64,000 nt of DNA, taken from the NCBI RefSeq assembly GCF_009914755.1, contig NC_060930.1. One strand, written 5' to 3'. How positions within the stretch are numbered: position 1 is the stretch's first letter; each line of letters opens with the position of its first letter. This document shows positions 11,591 through 24,620 of this stretch, in pieces. The translations under genes were made by a program, and so were the position numbers. Origin of the DNA: the human T2T-CHM13v2.0 reference genome, Homo sapiens. The notes below the pieces were generated by a model, which was not told where the DNA came from, ran no database searches, and was given only the letters and a program-made list of their open reading frames with translations.

Positions 11591-13212
11591 TTTGGGATTC
11601 TAGGAAGACCTAGATCTACCTTCTCATCTCTAAATCTTACAATTTAATTGATTTCTAAGTTCAGCACTAACATTACTGTGGTAAGAATAATCACATTGCA
11701 CCAAGCTGAAATAGACCTCTATTGCCTCTGAGGAGACTCGTGTACATTAATATTTACTTGGCAAGGATGACATTTAGAATGCATTTTGATTAATGTTCCT
11801 GAAAATAACACATTCCTTATACCAGTCCAAGTCCTGTGCCTTGCATTTGTTTTCGATGGAGAAAGGCAGGACACCTCATTTTCCAGTTTTATCACTGAGA
11901 AATAGTTTTTTATTTTTTAAGGCTTTTCAGCAGAATCTCTTTTTATTTAGAAATTCCTTTAGTATTCAGGAAACATCACTGATCTGATGATTATGGGGCA
12001 TATTTTAGGAATCAAAAGGGTGTTACTTCAGTTGTGCATATTTTTTTAAAAAGGCCTCCTGTGAGGTGAGAACATATCTTTTCAAGGAGAAACTTCAATC
12101 ATCAAGAAAGTTCAAATTCTTTGTCATATGGACTCTACAGCTTGGCTCATAGAAATGCCAAGTACAATCTAGAGAGTCTTTGGCTAACATTAGATCTAAA
12201 TGTTAACTAACATGAAGTCACAACAGAGGGGGAAGGAAGGTTGGGGTGGGCATTCATTGCTAATATACCTTGGCTAGTGGAAACGGGCCTGAACAAACTG
12301 TGCCAGGCACTAACCACCCATGCACATCTCAGTCTGACTGTTCACTGCCTTCCCTTCCCATTCCTTGAATCTCACACACTTTCTGTTTGGGCTCAGGAGT
12401 TTTATATTCCACAGAAGAACCAAAGAATGACAGAGCCACAATGTGAGGTCAGGGTGTAGAGATATGAATTCCTTTTCACAGTACAATATTCACAGAGCAA
12501 ATATCTCTATGGCTTACCACTGTGCTGTATTTTTTAAAGCCCAAGAATAAATTTTTCAACATTTTGTTTTCTAAATATATATATATTTTTTAAGTAACAA
12601 AATCCTCCTTTTGTTTTTCAAATAGAACTTTTAAAATGATGGAATTTCAGCATGTATAACCAAACTGCTCTCTGGATAAACTCCATCTTTTTGGTCATCC
12701 CCTCACTTCTTCCTCAAATCTTTAACAATCTGTGTAGTTATCCCAACACAAATACGGCTTATAAACTCCTGCTGTATTATATTATTGTAATATTTACTTT
12801 TCTTATTTGATGTCTGACCCCTCACTAACATCTTTCAGCAGTCTTGGAAGCTTTTTACACTTCAATTATTATTATTTTTTGGTCTCATACCCTTCTAATG
12901 AAAGCACATTCCCATTTCTCAAAACTCAGCTCAAGATTCTTCTCTTGGGACATACTTAGCTGATCCTTTATTTAAATGATTCCCTCTGTGCCCTCTTAGA
13001 GTGTTTTTTATGAGGCTACCTATGTCTCCAAGCAACCACCTGGATATAAAAAATTACATGATTAGCAGTAAGGCACCAAGCACCTATTTCCAAAGAGAGG
13101 GTTAGGGTATGCAATGCAAGTTTATTTTCAGAATCAGACTCCAGTCAGGAAGTGCCTTTTCACAAGAAAAAAAAGTTTATGTCCTTTATCTTATCAATGC
13201 AGAAAAGGAAAA

Positions 13213-13245
13213 TTTTTTTTGTTTTTTTTTTTTTTTTTTTTTTTT
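13213..13245. repeat. Poly(T) tract
   Basis: About 32 T with one G interruption. Confidence 0.9.
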
Positions 13246-13575
13246 GGCTGAGGCTCATCAGCCAATAGATGGGAAGTCATAGCAAAAAAGCAGAGAGCTG
13301 CAGCATCGTACAGCCAGTCTTCAGTTGCCAAGAAGAGACGGAGCTTACTGTAGGGGAAGATAACTAAAACCAAAGGAGTTGCTTGATAAGAATTCAGTAC
13401 TTAAATATTATACTTTAGGAAAACTCATTAGCAAAGACAGATGTTTTGGACCAGTAAGAAGGAGGAGGAGGAAGAAAGCAGGCATCTCTGTGTAGAAGTC
13501 AGGGAGGGGTGGCAAGAGAGGCATGGGTCACATAGATGGGGACCAGAACTATTGCCTTACCATACCAGTTAGGGT

Positions 13576-16500
13576 AGTTATTAAGCTAATCAGAGAGGGG
13601 ACCAGAGAAAGGTGAAGCCCAGTGCAAGGAAATTTAAAAAATGATACAAGAAGTGAGGGGAGAAATATTCAAGGAAATAGCTAGCTTAAAGAAAAAACAA
13701 AACTTTGGGAAACTTTGGACACACTTTTAAAAATGTGAAATGCTCTGGAAAGTCTCAGCAACAGAATTGAACAAGTAGAAGCAAGAAATTCAGAGCTCAA
13801 AGACAAGGTCTTTGAATTAACCCAATAAAACAAAGACAAAAAATAATAAGAAAATACAAACAAAGCCTCCAAGAACTTGGGAATTGTGTTAAATGACCAA
13901 ACCTAAGAATAATCGATGTTCTTGAGGAAAAAGAGAATTCTAAAAGCTTGGAAAACATATTTGGGGGAATAATTGAAGAAAACTTGCCTGACCTTTCTGG
14001 AGACATAGACATCCAAATGCAAGAAGCATGAAGAACACCTGGGAAATTCAAAGAAAGATCTTCATCTGGGCACATTGTCATCAGATTCTCCAAAGTTCAG
14101 ACAAAGGAAAGAATCTTAAGGGTTTTGAGACAGAAGCACCAGGTAACTTATAAAGGAAAACCCATAAGATTAACAGATTTCTCAGCAGAAACCTTACAGG
14201 CTAGAAGGGATTGGGGCTATCTTTAGCCTCCTCAAACAAAAAAATTATCAGCTAAGAATTTTGTATCCAGCGAGACTAAACATCATATATGAAGGAAAGA
14301 TATGATCTTTTCCAGACAAAAAAATGCTGAGAAAATTCTCCATTACAAGTTAAAAGCAAAGACAAAAACAAAAACACCAAAGTACACAGGCAACAAAGAG
14401 CATGATGAATGCAACAGGCCCTCACATTTCAATACTAACAATAAATGTAAATGTCCTATATGCTCCACTTAAAAGATACAGAACTGCACAATGGACAAGA
14501 ACTTATCAACGAACTATCTGCTGCCTTCAGGAGACTCTCCTAACACATAAGAACTCACATAAACTTAAAGTATAGGGGTGGGGAAAGGCATTTCATGCAA
14601 ATGGACACCAAAAGTGAGCAGGGACAGCTATTCTTATATTAGAGAAAACAAACTTTAAAGCAAGAGCAAATTAAAAGGGACAAAGACAGATATTACATAA
14701 TGGTAAAAGGCTTTGTCCAACAGGAAAATATTATACTCCTAACATATATGCACCTAACACTGGAGCTCCCAAATTTATAAAACTATTACTAATAGACCTA
14801 AGAAATGAGATAAACAGCAACACAATAATAGTGTGGGACTTCAAAACACTGGCAGCCCTACACAGGTCACCAAGACAAAGTCAACAAAGAAACAATAGAT
14901 TTAAACTATACCTTGTAACAAATGAACTTAACAGATATATACAGAACAGTTCATCCAACAACTGCAGAATACACATTCTATTCAACACACATGGAACTTT
15001 CTCAAGATAGACCATAAAACAAGCCTTAATAAATTTAAGAAAATTGAAATTGTATCAAGCACTCTCTCAGACCACAGTGGAATAAAACTGAAAATCAACT
15101 CCAAAACGAACCTTCAAAACCATGAAAACACATGGAAATTAAATAACCTGCTCGTGAATGATCATTTCATCAAAAATGGAATCAAGATGAAAATTAAAAA
15201 GTTCTTTGAATTGAACGACAGTCATGACACAACCAACCCAAACCTCTGGGATACAGCAAAGGCAACACTAAGAGGAAAGTTCATAGCCCTAAAGGCCTAC
15301 ATGAAAAAGACAAAGAGCACAAACTGACACTCTAAGGTCACACCTCAAGGAACTAGAGAAAAAAGAACAAACCAAACCCAAAAACCCAGCAGAAGAAAGG
15401 AAACAACAAACATCAGAGCAGAACTAAATGAAGCTGAAACAAACAAAAAACCACAAAAGATAAACAAAAAGCTGGTTATTTGAAAAGATAAATAAAATTG
15501 ATAGGCCATTGGCAATATGAACCAAGAAAAGAAGAAAATTCAAATAACCTCACTAAGAAATGCAACAGGAAATATTACAACTGACACCACTGAAATGTAA
15601 AAGATCATTCAAGGCTACTATGAACACCTTTATGCACATAAACTAGAAAACCTAGAGGAGATGGATACATTCCTTGAAAAATACAACCCTCCTAGCTTAA
15701 ATAAGGAAGAATTAGATGCCCTGTACAGACCAATAACAAGCAGTGAGATTGAAATAGTAATAAAAATTACCAACAAAATAAGTCCAGGACCAGATGGATT
15801 CACAGCAGAATTCTACCAGACATTCAAAGAAGAATTAATACCAATACTTTTGACACTATTACAAAAGATAGAGAAAGAAGGAATCCCCCCTAATTCATTC
15901 TGTGAGACAAGCATCACCCTAATACCAAAACCAGGAAAGGACATAGCCAAAAGTGAAAACTACAGACTGATATCCTTGATGAACATAGATGCTAAGATCC
16001 TTAACAATCTGCTAGCTAACTGAATCCAGCAATATATCAAAAAGATAGTCCACCATGATCAAGTGGGTTTCATACCAGGAATGCAGGGATGGTTTAACAT
16101 AGGCAAGTCAATAGATGTGATACACCATGTAAACAGAATTAAAAACAAAAATCACATGATCATTTCAACAGATATAGAAAAAGCTTCTGACAAACTCCAG
16201 CGTTCCTTTATGATTAAAACTCTCAGCAAAACTGGCATACAAGGGACATTCCTCAATTTAATAAAAGCCATCTATGACAAATTCACAGCCAATATAATAC
16301 TGAAATGGGAAAAGTTGAGTGCATTCTCTCTGAGAACTGGAACAAGACAAGGATGCCTACTCTCACTGCACCTCTTCAACACAGTATTGGACATTCTAGC
16401 TAGAGCAATCAGGCAAGAGAAAGAAATAAAAGGCATCCAAATCAGTAAAGAGGAAGTCAAACTGTCACTGTTTGCTGACAATATGATTGTTTACCTTGAA

Positions 16501-18746
16501 CAAGAATTCAGCAAAGTCTCCTGATACAAGATTAATGTACACAAATCAGTAGCTCTTCTATACACCACCAGTGACCGAGTGGAGAATCAAATCAAGAACC
16601 CAACCACTTTTACAATAACTACAAAAAAAATAAAAAATATAATACTTATTAAAAACCTAACCAAGGAATAGCTAGAACTCTACAAGGAAAACTACAAAAC
16701 ACTGCTGAAAGAAATCATAGGCAACATAAACAAATGGAAACACATCCCATTCTCATGGATGCATAGAGTCAATATTGTGAAAATGACCATACTGTCAAAA
16801 GCAATATACAAATTCAATGCAATCCCCATCAAAATACCACCATCATTCTTCACGGAATTAGAAAAAAACAATTCCAAAATTCATATGGAACCAAAAAAGA
16901 GTCTGCATAGCCAAAGCAAGACTAAGCAAAAAGAACAAATCTGGAGGCATCACATTACCTGATTTCAAACTATAGAATAAGTCACCAAAACAGCATGGTA
17001 CTGGTATAGAAATAGGCACATTGACCAATGGAACAGAATAGAGAACCCAGAAATAAACCCAAATAATAACAACCAACTGATCTTCAACAAAGCAAACAAA
17101 ACATAAAGTGGGGAAAAGACACCCTTTCCACAAACAGTGCTGGGATAATTGGCTAGCCACATGTAGGAGAATGAAACTGGATCCTCATCTCTCACCTTAC
17201 AAAAATCAACTCAATATGGATTAAGGACTTAAATCTAAGACCTGAAACTATAAAAATTCTGGAAGATAACATTAGGAAAGCACTTCTAGACATTGGCTTA
17301 GGCAAGGATTTCATGACCAGACGAAGAACCCAAAAGTAAATGTAATAAAAACAGAGATAAATAGCTGGGACCTAATTAAACAAGAGAGCTTTTGCACAGT
17401 AAAAGGAACAGTCAGCAGAGTAAACAGACAACCCACAGAGTGGGAGAAAACCTTCACACAATCTATACATCTGACAAAGGACTAATATCCAGAACCTATA
17501 TCAAACTCAAACAAATCAGTAAAAAAAAGAAAAAAAAAAATCAAAAAGTGGGCTAAAGACATGAATAGACAATTCTCAACCAAAGATATACAAATGGCCA
17601 ACAAACATATGAAAAATGCTCAGCATCACTAATGAACAGGGAAATGGAAATCAAAACCACAATGGGATACCACCTTACTCCTACAAGAATGGCTATTACC
17701 AAAAAATAAAAAAAACAGTAGATGTTGGCATGAATGCGGTGAACAGGGAGCACTTCTACGTTGCTGGTGGGAATGTAAACTACTACAGCCACTATGGAAA
17801 ACAGTATGGAGATTCCGTAAAGAACTACAAGTAGAACTACCATTTGATCCACCAATCCCACTACTGGGTATCTACCCAGAGGAAAAGAAGTCATTATTCA
17901 AAAAAGACACTTGCACACGCATGTTTACAGCAGCGCAATTCACAATTGCAGAATTGTGGAGCCAACCAAATGGCCATCAATCAATGGGTGGATTAAGAAA
18001 CTATGATATATATATATAATATATAATAATATATTATATATAATATATAAACTATGATATATATTATATCATATATATGATATATAATATATGATATATA
18101 TGATATAATATGTAATATATAAATATATAATATATATTATATATACTAATATATATTTATTATTATAATAAATATATATAAATAATATATGTAATTATAT
18201 ATTATATATTATATATATCATAGTTTATTAATATATAATATAGAAACTGATATATATTTATATATCAGTTTCTTTATATATTATATATTATATATCATAT
18301 AATATAATAATGATGTATATATTATATGTAATATATATAATATAATATAATAATGATGTATATATTATATATACACGATGGAATACAGTGCAGCCATAAA
18401 AAGGAATGAATTAATGACATTTGCTGTGACCTGGATGAGATTGGAGATTATTATTCTATGTGAGGTAACTCAGAAATGGAAAACCAAACATCGTATGTTC
18501 TTACTGATATGTGGCAGAAAAGCTATGAGGATGCAAAGGCATAAGAATGATACAATAGACTTTAGGGACTTGAGGGGAAGAGTGAGAGCAGGGCGAGGGT
18601 AAAAGACTACAAATATGGTGCAGTGTATACTGCTTGAGTGATGGGTGCACCAAAATCTCATAAATCAGCACTAAAGAATTACCTATGTAACTAAATACCA
18701 CCTGTACCCCAATAACTTATGAAAAAATAAAAATAAATAAATAAAT
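13576..18746 (+). mobile_element. L1PB (L1PB1-like), truncated near the start of ORF1; ORF1 and ORF2 decayed
   Basis: RT peptides ([19 protein letters not shown]; GTRQGC; [12 protein letters not shown]), L1PB1-type 3' end (aaaagactacaaatatggtgcagtg...aataacttatg) and A-rich tail. Confidence 0.92.
18001..18375. repeat. Expanded AT-rich low-complexity tract with internal palindromes, inside L1PB
   Basis: About 370 bp nearly all A/T; perfect 15-bp arms at 18242-18256 and 18259-18273. Confidence 0.95.
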
Positions 18747-18981
18747 ACGTATATGATGAACCCTAGAAGTATAGAATCTTGGCCTTTGAGATGGTGATGA
18801 CTTAAATTCCAAAGAGCTGACAAGCATGCTGATATTCTCCTGGCATTTCCATTGGCAGTTTTCTACTTCCTGTGTATATTCTTCCACCAAATATTTTTTT
18901 CTCTTTTTTTTCCTTTTATTTTTTTCCTTTTACAAAGTAAACTACAATTTTGTTGTGAAATTCTCATAGATGAAAAATTAA

Positions 18982-19269
18982 GGCCAGGCAAGGTGGCTCA
19001 CGCCTGTAATCCCAACACCTGGGGAAGCCAAGGCGGGTGGGTCACTTGAGGCCAGGAGTTCAAGACCAGTCTGGTGAAAACCCATCTCTACTAAAAATGC
19101 AAAAATTAGCCAGGCATGGTTGTGGGTGCCCATAATCCCTTCTACTCGAAAGGCTGAGGCAGGAGAATCACTTTAACTCAGGAGGTGGATGTTGCAGTGA
19201 GCAGAGATCATGCCACTGCACTCCAGCCTGGGCAACAGAGTAAGACCCTGTCTCAAAAAAAAAAAAAAA
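18982..19269 (+). mobile_element. Alu (AluS/J-age) inside the RAB1A retrocopy 3'UTR
   Basis: Dimeric Alu with A tail; TSD aaaaatta (18973-18980 / 19265-19272). Confidence 0.95.
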
Positions 19270-20091
19270 TTAGTGTTTATTTTGTACATTTTATTTTACA
19301 GTAATCTTACCACTTATTTTTGTACCATGTATTTCAGTTGTCTCTTAGTGAAAAATGTAAAAACCTATTAATTTTTGGCTTGTTTTTAGCTTAAAAATTT
19401 TTAAATTAAATTAAGGACCCTACAATAAATTGTGTTGCCAGCAGCTATATCTCAACCCTTTGTGTGAAGAATGTTTTGGCTGCTACTTCAACCTAAGGAA
19501 ACAACTTTGACCTCAGTCACCTTAAAATGCTGGTATTAACAGAATATTACATTTTCCACACACAAAACCCCTAGGATCTTGAAGATCCTATTTAACAAAA
19601 TCTTTATACATGCAAAATTTCACTGAAATAAATACATTTTCTTCATTTATCATTACCACCCAGTATTTATGTTTTCAGTTAATTTTTAGGGGTATAATTT
19701 CTAAACTTAGGACAATCAAATTTCCTGCTTTCTACCTCAGTGCTTAAACTCTCCTCCAATGTAAGTAATACAATTGTGAAGGATAAAATAATTGAATTTT
19801 ACAGAGAGCATGAAAGAAAAACATTAGCACACAAGTTAGTCTATTTGCTAATTAGGAAAAGTGTGCTGCTTTCCACCTCTACCACAGATGCATTGATGAA
19901 CTGTTGATTAACGAATGGTGTTCAGAAAGATCAGAAATAATAGGCTAGATAGCATACATCCTAAATTTGTGTTCCATACAATTTGAGCTCCCAGAACTAC
20001 TAAGGTTGGTTAAATCCCAACACAGCATCAAAGCCTCTTTAGGTCATTTATTGGGTATTTTATCTAGAGAGAAAATATTGAATTCTGCCCT

Positions 20092-20664
20092 CTATATGTG
20101 AATAGTGCTGCAGTGGACATTCACATGCATGTGTCTTTATAATAGAATGATTTATATTCCTTTGGGTATATACCCAGTAATGGGATTACTGGGTTGAACG
20201 GTAGTTCTGTCTTTAGGTCCTTGAGGATTGTCACACTGCTTTCCATAATGGCTGAACTAATTTATACTCCCACCAACAGTGTATAAGCGTTCCTTTTTCT
20301 TTCCAAACTTGTCAGCATCAGTTATTTTTTGACTTTTTAGTAATAGCCATTCTGACTGGTGTGAGATGGTATCTCATTGTGGTTTTGATTTGTGTTTCTC
20401 TAATGATTAGTGATGTTGAGCTTTTTCTCATATGCTTATTGGCATCATGCATGTCCTCTTGAAAAATGTCTATTTATGTCCTTTGCCCACTTTTTAATGT
20501 GTTTTTTGTAAATTTGTTTAAGCTCCTTATAGATGCTGGATATTAGACCTTTGTCAGATGCATAGTTTGCAAAAGTTTTCTTCCATTTTGTTGGTTGTCT
20601 ATTCACTCTGTTGCTAGTTTATTTTCCTGAGCAGAAGCTCTTTGGTTTAATTAGATCCCATTGT
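20092..20664 (-). mobile_element. Internal L1PA ORF2 fragment without 3'UTR or poly(A), inside the RAB1A retrocopy 3'UTR
   Basis: Antisense ORF2 C-terminal sequence; RAB1A 3'UTR-like sequence on both sides. Confidence 0.85.
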
Positions 20665-22046
20665 AAGTACATTATTTGTTAAACATATCTTTAGTTGTTT
20701 TGTATGTAGTATGCAACAAATCATAACATCCTGCAGCCACAAATTATATGCAGAGTGTGAAGAAACCATTAATTAAATGGTATAATCTTTCCATTTGTAA
20801 CTCTAAAGGAAGAACTAGCAAATCAGATCTTACATGTAACAGCTGTATACATGGAAGTGACAGACTGCTTTTGCTGTTTGATACAAAAGTGGCTGAACTT
20901 CATCTTCAGAAGATTAAACCTGACATCTAAACATGCCAATGTAAACATCAAAAATATATATTCTAACTTTACAAAAGAAATCATGGGACGTAATCTGGTA
21001 CCAGGAAAGTGGCAAGGATTACATGCAGTATTTTGTAAAGCAGCACACAAAAGTTTCAAAGTTTTCTGAAACTGAAATTAGCTATCTTGAGTCAAGGTAA
21101 TAAAAAAATGTCAGTATTGACTATTTGCAACCTCTGACGTTTGTGGAGATGGTAAGAATCTGTTATAGTGCAGCTACATACAGTAAAATTCAGGCAATTT
21201 TGTTTTTTCATTTGGGTTTAGATTGCAAATTTATTGTGTGAGAAAAGGATGGAAGCAAATTTTAGCATCAACCTTCACCTGACTGCTTGACCAAAGTGGT
21301 CTAAATTTTAAAATTAGACTTCTCTGCATCACCAGCTGTTGCTCTAGTCCCATTTGCTTTTTAATCTCAGATGCCATTTTCATGAAAGTCTGTTCTACAT
21401 TTGCTGTGTTCTTAGCACCAGTTTCCAAAAATGGAATTCCAAGGGAATCAGCAAATTCCTTTGTTGTTGTGTAGTCTACTTTCTTTGTGGGCAATCACAT
21501 TTGTTTCCTACCAACAATTTGTTGACATTTTCACTGGCCTAGTGATCAATTTCCTGCAACCACTATTTAACATTATCGAAGGACTCCTGATCTGTCATAT
21601 CATACAGCCTTGGGCTCCTGTGTAATAACTGGAGGTGATGAAAATCTTTCCTGGCCTGTTGTGTCCCCTAGTTGAAGCTTGATTATTTTGCCATATAATA
21701 TTACAGTTCTTATTTTGAAATTCCCACTTATTGTGCTGATGTAGTTTTCTGTATATGTATTACATGTTTCACCTGCAAACCTAAGAAGGAAGCAAGACTT
21801 TCTAGCCCCAGAGTTGCCAATAAGAAGTAACTTGAGTAATTAAACATATTAGAGATTTCTGCTGGTAATGTCATTGCAGCTGCTGCCTGCACCACCATGA
21901 CTCTAGGCTATGTGTAACCAAAGGAAAGGAATGAGATAGGCTGTTCTGAGAGAGCAAACATCTTTCCCCACTCTGTTCCCTACAACACAATCACTTGGCA
22001 GCTGTTGCCACTCAGCTACTGCTTCCACCCAAAAATCCAAAATCTT

Positions 22047-22422
22047 TTTTTTTTTATTATTATTATACTTTAAGTTTTAGGGTACATGTGCACATTGTGC
22101 AGGTTAGTTACATACGTATACATGTGCTGGCACATATACACCATGGAATACTATGCAGCCATAAAAAATGATGAGTTCGTGTCCTTTGTAGGGACATGGA
22201 TGAAATTGGAAACCATCATTCTCAGTAAACTATCGCAAGAACAAAAAACCAAACACCGCATATTCTCACTCACAGGTGGGAATTGAACAATGAGATCACA
22301 TGGACACAGGAAGGGGAACATCACACTCTGGGGCCTGTTGTGGGGTGGGGGGAGGGGGGAGGGATAGCATTGGGAGATATACCTAATGCTAGATGACGAG
22401 TTAGTGGGTGCAGCACACCAGC
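22047..22422 (-). mobile_element. L1PA2-type, ~375 bp, 5'-inverted (twin-primed)
   Basis: T-rich tail plus antisense L1 terminus (22047-22127) joined to a sense segment (22128-22422); TSD aaaaatccaaaatctt (22031-22046 / 22423-22438); GAG diagnostic and gagatcacatgg. Confidence 0.93.
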
Positions 22423-23007
22423 AAAAATCCAAAATCTTAACTGACTTTCCAATTCCGTACAGATTTCTTCCTCACTTTAGGAGCAAAATTTGCACTAGAT
22501 AGATGCATGTTGAAAGAGTTTCATGAAAAAACAATTTTTTTAGTCTCCATTTAGAGCATAAAGAGAGCGTATTCATGTCACAGATCTGAGTCCCTGAGAA
22601 ATGTGATATTCCACACTTTAGTGGTGAAAATATAGCACTTTTCTATTTTGGTTAGAACTGCCTAAGTGCCTCTTTCTTAAATCTCTTCTCTTTCCCTTCA
22701 CCCCTATAAGCAGCACTAGGAGTCCCTGGAAAGGGAAAAATTAAGCTGTCAATGCATCTTACCCCATGCTATCTTCATGAGACAAGGTTCTGTGTGTGCA
22801 CGCTCCATTTTATTCCCTGACATTTACATGGCTGTTTCTTAGTGTTACCTGTCTTCCTTTTCTACCAGCCTGTGTGTCCTGGGCAGTAGGGATTAAGCTC
22901 CCATCTTAGCTGTCTCTTCACACTTAGCAAATTTCTTGGCTCATGGAAAGTGCTCAGTAAATGTTCATTGAACAAGTGCTCAGTCTGAAACAAGTAGGAT
23001 TGGAGCT

Positions 23008-23550
23008 TGTGATGATTAATTTTGAGTGTTAACTTGATCGGATTGAAGGATGCAAAGTATTGTTCCTGGGTGTATTTGTGACTGTGTTGCCGAAGGAGAT
23101 TAACATTTGAGTCAGTGGACTGGGAGAGGCAGACCCACCCTCAATCTGGGTGGGCACCATCTAATCAGCTGCCAGCATGGCTAGAATAAAGCAGGCAGAG
23201 GAATGTGGAAGGACTAGACTTGCTGAGTCTTCCAGCCTTCATCGTTCTCCCATGCTGGGTGCTTCCTGCCCTTGAACATCGGATGCCAAGTTCTTCAGCT
23301 TTTGGACTCTTGGACTTTCACCAGTGGTTTGCCAGGGGCTCTCGGTCCTTTAGCCACAGACTGAAGGCTATACTGTCGGCTTCTCTACTTTTGAGGTTTT
23401 GGGACTCAGGCTGGCTCCCTTGCTCCTCGGCTTGCAGTTGGCTTATTGTGGAACTTCACCTTGTTATCGTGTGAGTCAATACTCCTTAATAAACTCCCTT
23501 TTATATATCCATCTATCCTATTAGTCCTGTCCCTCTAGAGATCTAATACA
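23008..23550 (+). mobile_element. MLT2A (HERVL) solo LTR
   Basis: tgtgatgattaat..aacttgatcggattgaaggatgc start; ctattagtcctgtccctctagag..taataca end. Confidence 0.9.
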
Positions 23551-24094
23551 GAGAGTGTTGAAAAATGTTAATTGAGTCTTTTGTTATTGATATATATTTC
23601 TAACCTATGGCTCTTCCCTTTCTCAACTTAGCCAGATGTTCTGCATTTATTGTCTTCACTTATTTGGAGATGGGGTAACACAGGGAAATAGGGGGAAAAA
23701 AATCCTGAGTCAATATTTTGCCTTCTGAGTTTCACAAAACCTATACCTGAAGAAGGGGGAAGAGGAGAGATCTTGATGCATAGAAGAAAAGCCTCATGAG
23801 AAACAGCCAGCTTCTTCCCCACTGCTGAGATTAGAAGGGATTCTCTGGGCTGGTGAGACCAGTGACCAGGTTCCGGGAGGAACAGGCTGGGTAGGAGCAG
23901 CACCAGAATCCAGACACCTAGCTGGTCTTGTGCAACCTCCAGTCATGTCTTGCCTACACAAGACCTGTATTTTTTATACTTCCTGTCTGTTCAGGTGAGG
24001 CTATCCTTCCACATCAGCCCCAGTGGGACACTACTGATTATGCAGAGGTATCTGGACCCATTTGTGCCATAAGATCTGCAAGGATGCTCTCTGA

Positions 24095-24620
24095 GTCACA
24101 AGTCCATTCCAGTGGCCTACAGGGTCCTGAAGGTTCAGCCTTTACTACTTCTCTGACCTCATTGCCTACAGCTTCCTGCTTGCTCACTATACTGCAGTCA
24201 CACTGGCTTCTTGCTCTTCCTTGGGAATCCCAGGCACATTGCCTTTGCACTGGCTGTTTCTCATGCCCAGAGGGGCTCTACTCCCAGAAATTACCTGTCT
24301 TTTTTCAAATGTGACTTCTCAAAGAGATCTTCACTGACTGTTCTGCCTGAAATTGCAGCCCAGCCCCAACCCATGCCTGACACACCTGACCCCTCCTACC
24401 CTGCTCACCTTGTTCTGTTTCCCATAACTCTTACCATACTCTAACAAATCATGTGCTTTACTCATGTATTAGGTCTGTTGTTTATTGTTTCTCTCCCTCT
24501 AATAGATTACAAGCTCCACAGGGGAAGGGATTTCTGCTTTATTCACAAATGTATCCAAACATCTGGAGCAGTGTCTCACATACAGTGAATGGTCAATAAA
24601 TACTTTGGAATGGATGAATA
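24095..24620 (+). mobile_element. L2a 3' portion
   Basis: gcctttgcactggctgtt, tagattacaagctccac, caataaatactttggaatggatgaata. Confidence 0.8.

Larger units (their letters stand above)
18895..22034 (-). pseudogene. RAB1A: RAB1A processed pseudogene: 5'UTR, decayed CDS (21262-21869), long 3'UTR and poly(A) remnant
   Basis: Intronless; peptides [60 protein letters not shown]; start ATG>ATT, stops and frameshifts. UTRs match RAB1A mRNA as I recall it, including the distal 3'UTR (18930-20090). T-rich tract 18895-18930 is the decayed tail. Confidence 0.92.

Noticed and set aside
13213-13560. Poly(T) as the tail of an orphan retrotransduction
   Set aside because: No poly(A) signal at the expected distance and no TSD found.
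10490-20664. The two ~570-bp tail-less L1 pieces as halves of one rearranged element
   Set aside because: They overlap by ~115 nt of ORF2 and differ at many positions there.
20092-20700. RAB1A-L1 chimeric retrogene made by RT template switching
   Set aside because: RAB1A 3'UTR-like sequence resumes beyond the L1 piece and ends in its own tail, so the L1 is a later insertion.
21262-21869. Functional RAB1-family gene
   Set aside because: Start codon is ATT, there are in-frame stops and frameshifts, no introns, and the C-terminal CC motif is lost.
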